Assembly (NCBI GenBank): GCA_965202585.1
Contig: OZ241831.1
Coordinates: forward strand, 19,034,001-19,098,000
Reading direction: 5' to 3'
Source of the DNA: Thalia democratica
Lineage: Eukaryota
DNA length: 64,000 bases
This document shows, piece by piece, positions 62,765-64,000 of this stretch. A program made the position numbers and the translations under genes. Numbering within the stretch: the stretch's first letter is position 1; each line of letters opens with the position of its first letter. The notes beneath the pieces were generated by a model that was not told where the DNA came from, ran no database searches, and worked only from the letters and a program-made list of their open reading frames with translations.

Positions 62765-63035
62765 GTGAGGCCAGAATCAGAACAAGCTGATAAAAATTAA
62801 CTTAGTAGTACTTGTAGATTTTGGGGTCAAAACAGATACGAGTGCAACATCATCATTAAAGATCATTCCTGAAGTGTTATATCTTCCATCCTTGGCTTTA
62901 ATCTCAGACGTGCAAGGTTGAAAATGCAACCATCAGTTTTTGTATGTAGCTTAACTCTTACTATACAAAAAAGCGCGCTTTAACACCAATGGAAAATGAA
63001 ATTCCAAAAATAGATGGAGGAAGCACGCAGTCTTA
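62765..63035 (-). mobile_element. RTE-clade LINE reverse transcriptase fragment
   Basis: Reads DCVLPPSIFGISFS (QGCVLAPTLFGIFFS-like), HTKTDGCIFNLARLR and MIFNDDVALVS (LLFADDAAL-like), with frameshifts. Confidence 0.8.
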
Positions 63036-64000
63036 CTTTAACTTATTTAGATTTAAATAAATAAAAAATACTACCACCATATTGTTTTTTTTTTTTTTTT
63101 GATCTTGTATTTTTTATGAAACGACTAAATGCATTAAAGAGATTTGGAGGATTTAAATGTCTCAAAAAAGCAGCATTAAACATTTTGACACAATATTACT
63201 TTTTTTTTTTTAATTTAATAAATAAATTTTATGATTATTTTACTAATGTTAAATTTCAAGTTTAGTTTGTACATTTTAATGTACTAAAGAAACTGTTGTT
63301 TTTTCAACTAATTAAAATATTTTTGAAGACGCTAGGTATAGCCAAATTAAAAAATAATAATAATAAGTATATACTTAAATAGTGTAAATAGAAAAAATAC
63401 AAAATAAAATCTTTTGAATTTTCTAAATAAATTTTATTTCTTTTCACTACTTTTTTTACAGCTATATTTTACTTTGATAACAAATAAATTTATTTAAGCA
63501 CCAAAATGTTTTAATTGTAGCACTTTTGGTAAATTTGTAGGCAATAGTTGCAATTATACTAACTGCAAATATTTGAATTCAAAAAAATTTTGTAGAAGAT
63601 TTACTTCTGATGTAATATACAATACTTGTAATAATTACTACAAGAAATATTAAGGAGAGTTACTTTGGATCAAAAATATATTATATTGAAAGGCTTCATT
63701 GATTATATCAAAGCTTTTTAAATCAAGTATTACTATCTGTACTATATTATTTATTACTTGTTTTACTAAAATGTTTTTAAATGTAGCTATTTTTATTCTT
63801 TTTGAAAAAATTCAATAAGTTTATGTTTTAAAAATCAAAAGCTTATTTATAAAGTAAAGTATCAAAACTGAAAATAATGCTGCCATTTGTCCTACTGCAA
63901 TAACATTCAAAGGAAAAACAAAAAAAAAAAACAAAATCTAAAGTAACTAGATAAAAATTTTGTTTTTTGTTTTAAAATACTATGTATTTTCTAAAATGTT

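Overview
AT-rich, intron-bearing eukaryotic (invertebrate animal-type) DNA. The species cannot be fixed from sequence alone. There are four credible host genes: (1) a single-coding-exon, membrane-anchored S1-family serine protease (5673-6671 +); (2) mitochondrial dihydrolipoamide dehydrogenase DLD with an uninterrupted CDS (likely start 15456, to 16937 +); (3) a 12-exon REPS1/2-like EH-domain endocytic adaptor (31126-41764 +, 603 aa as reconstructed by hand); (4) an unidentified 451-aa charged coiled-coil ORF (53859-55214 -). The rest is mostly transposon debris: Buster/SPIN-type hAT elements and MITEs with 8-bp TSDs, a MITE family with 6-bp TSDs, a solo LTR, a decayed Mag-like Gypsy element with an apparent 63-bp LTR, four Penelope-like GIY-YIG remnants, RTE and CR1/L2 scraps, and a 15-bp minisatellite. 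The most notable observations are a minimal hammerhead-ribozyme motif with the U3-A8 core variant about 0.5 kb upstream of DLD, the intronless but strongly CpG-depleted DLD, splice acceptors just upstream of every start codon, and the orphan coiled-coil gene. No prokaryotic system, CRISPR array, rRNA or intact tRNA was found. All alignments and counts were made by eye; no database searches were run.
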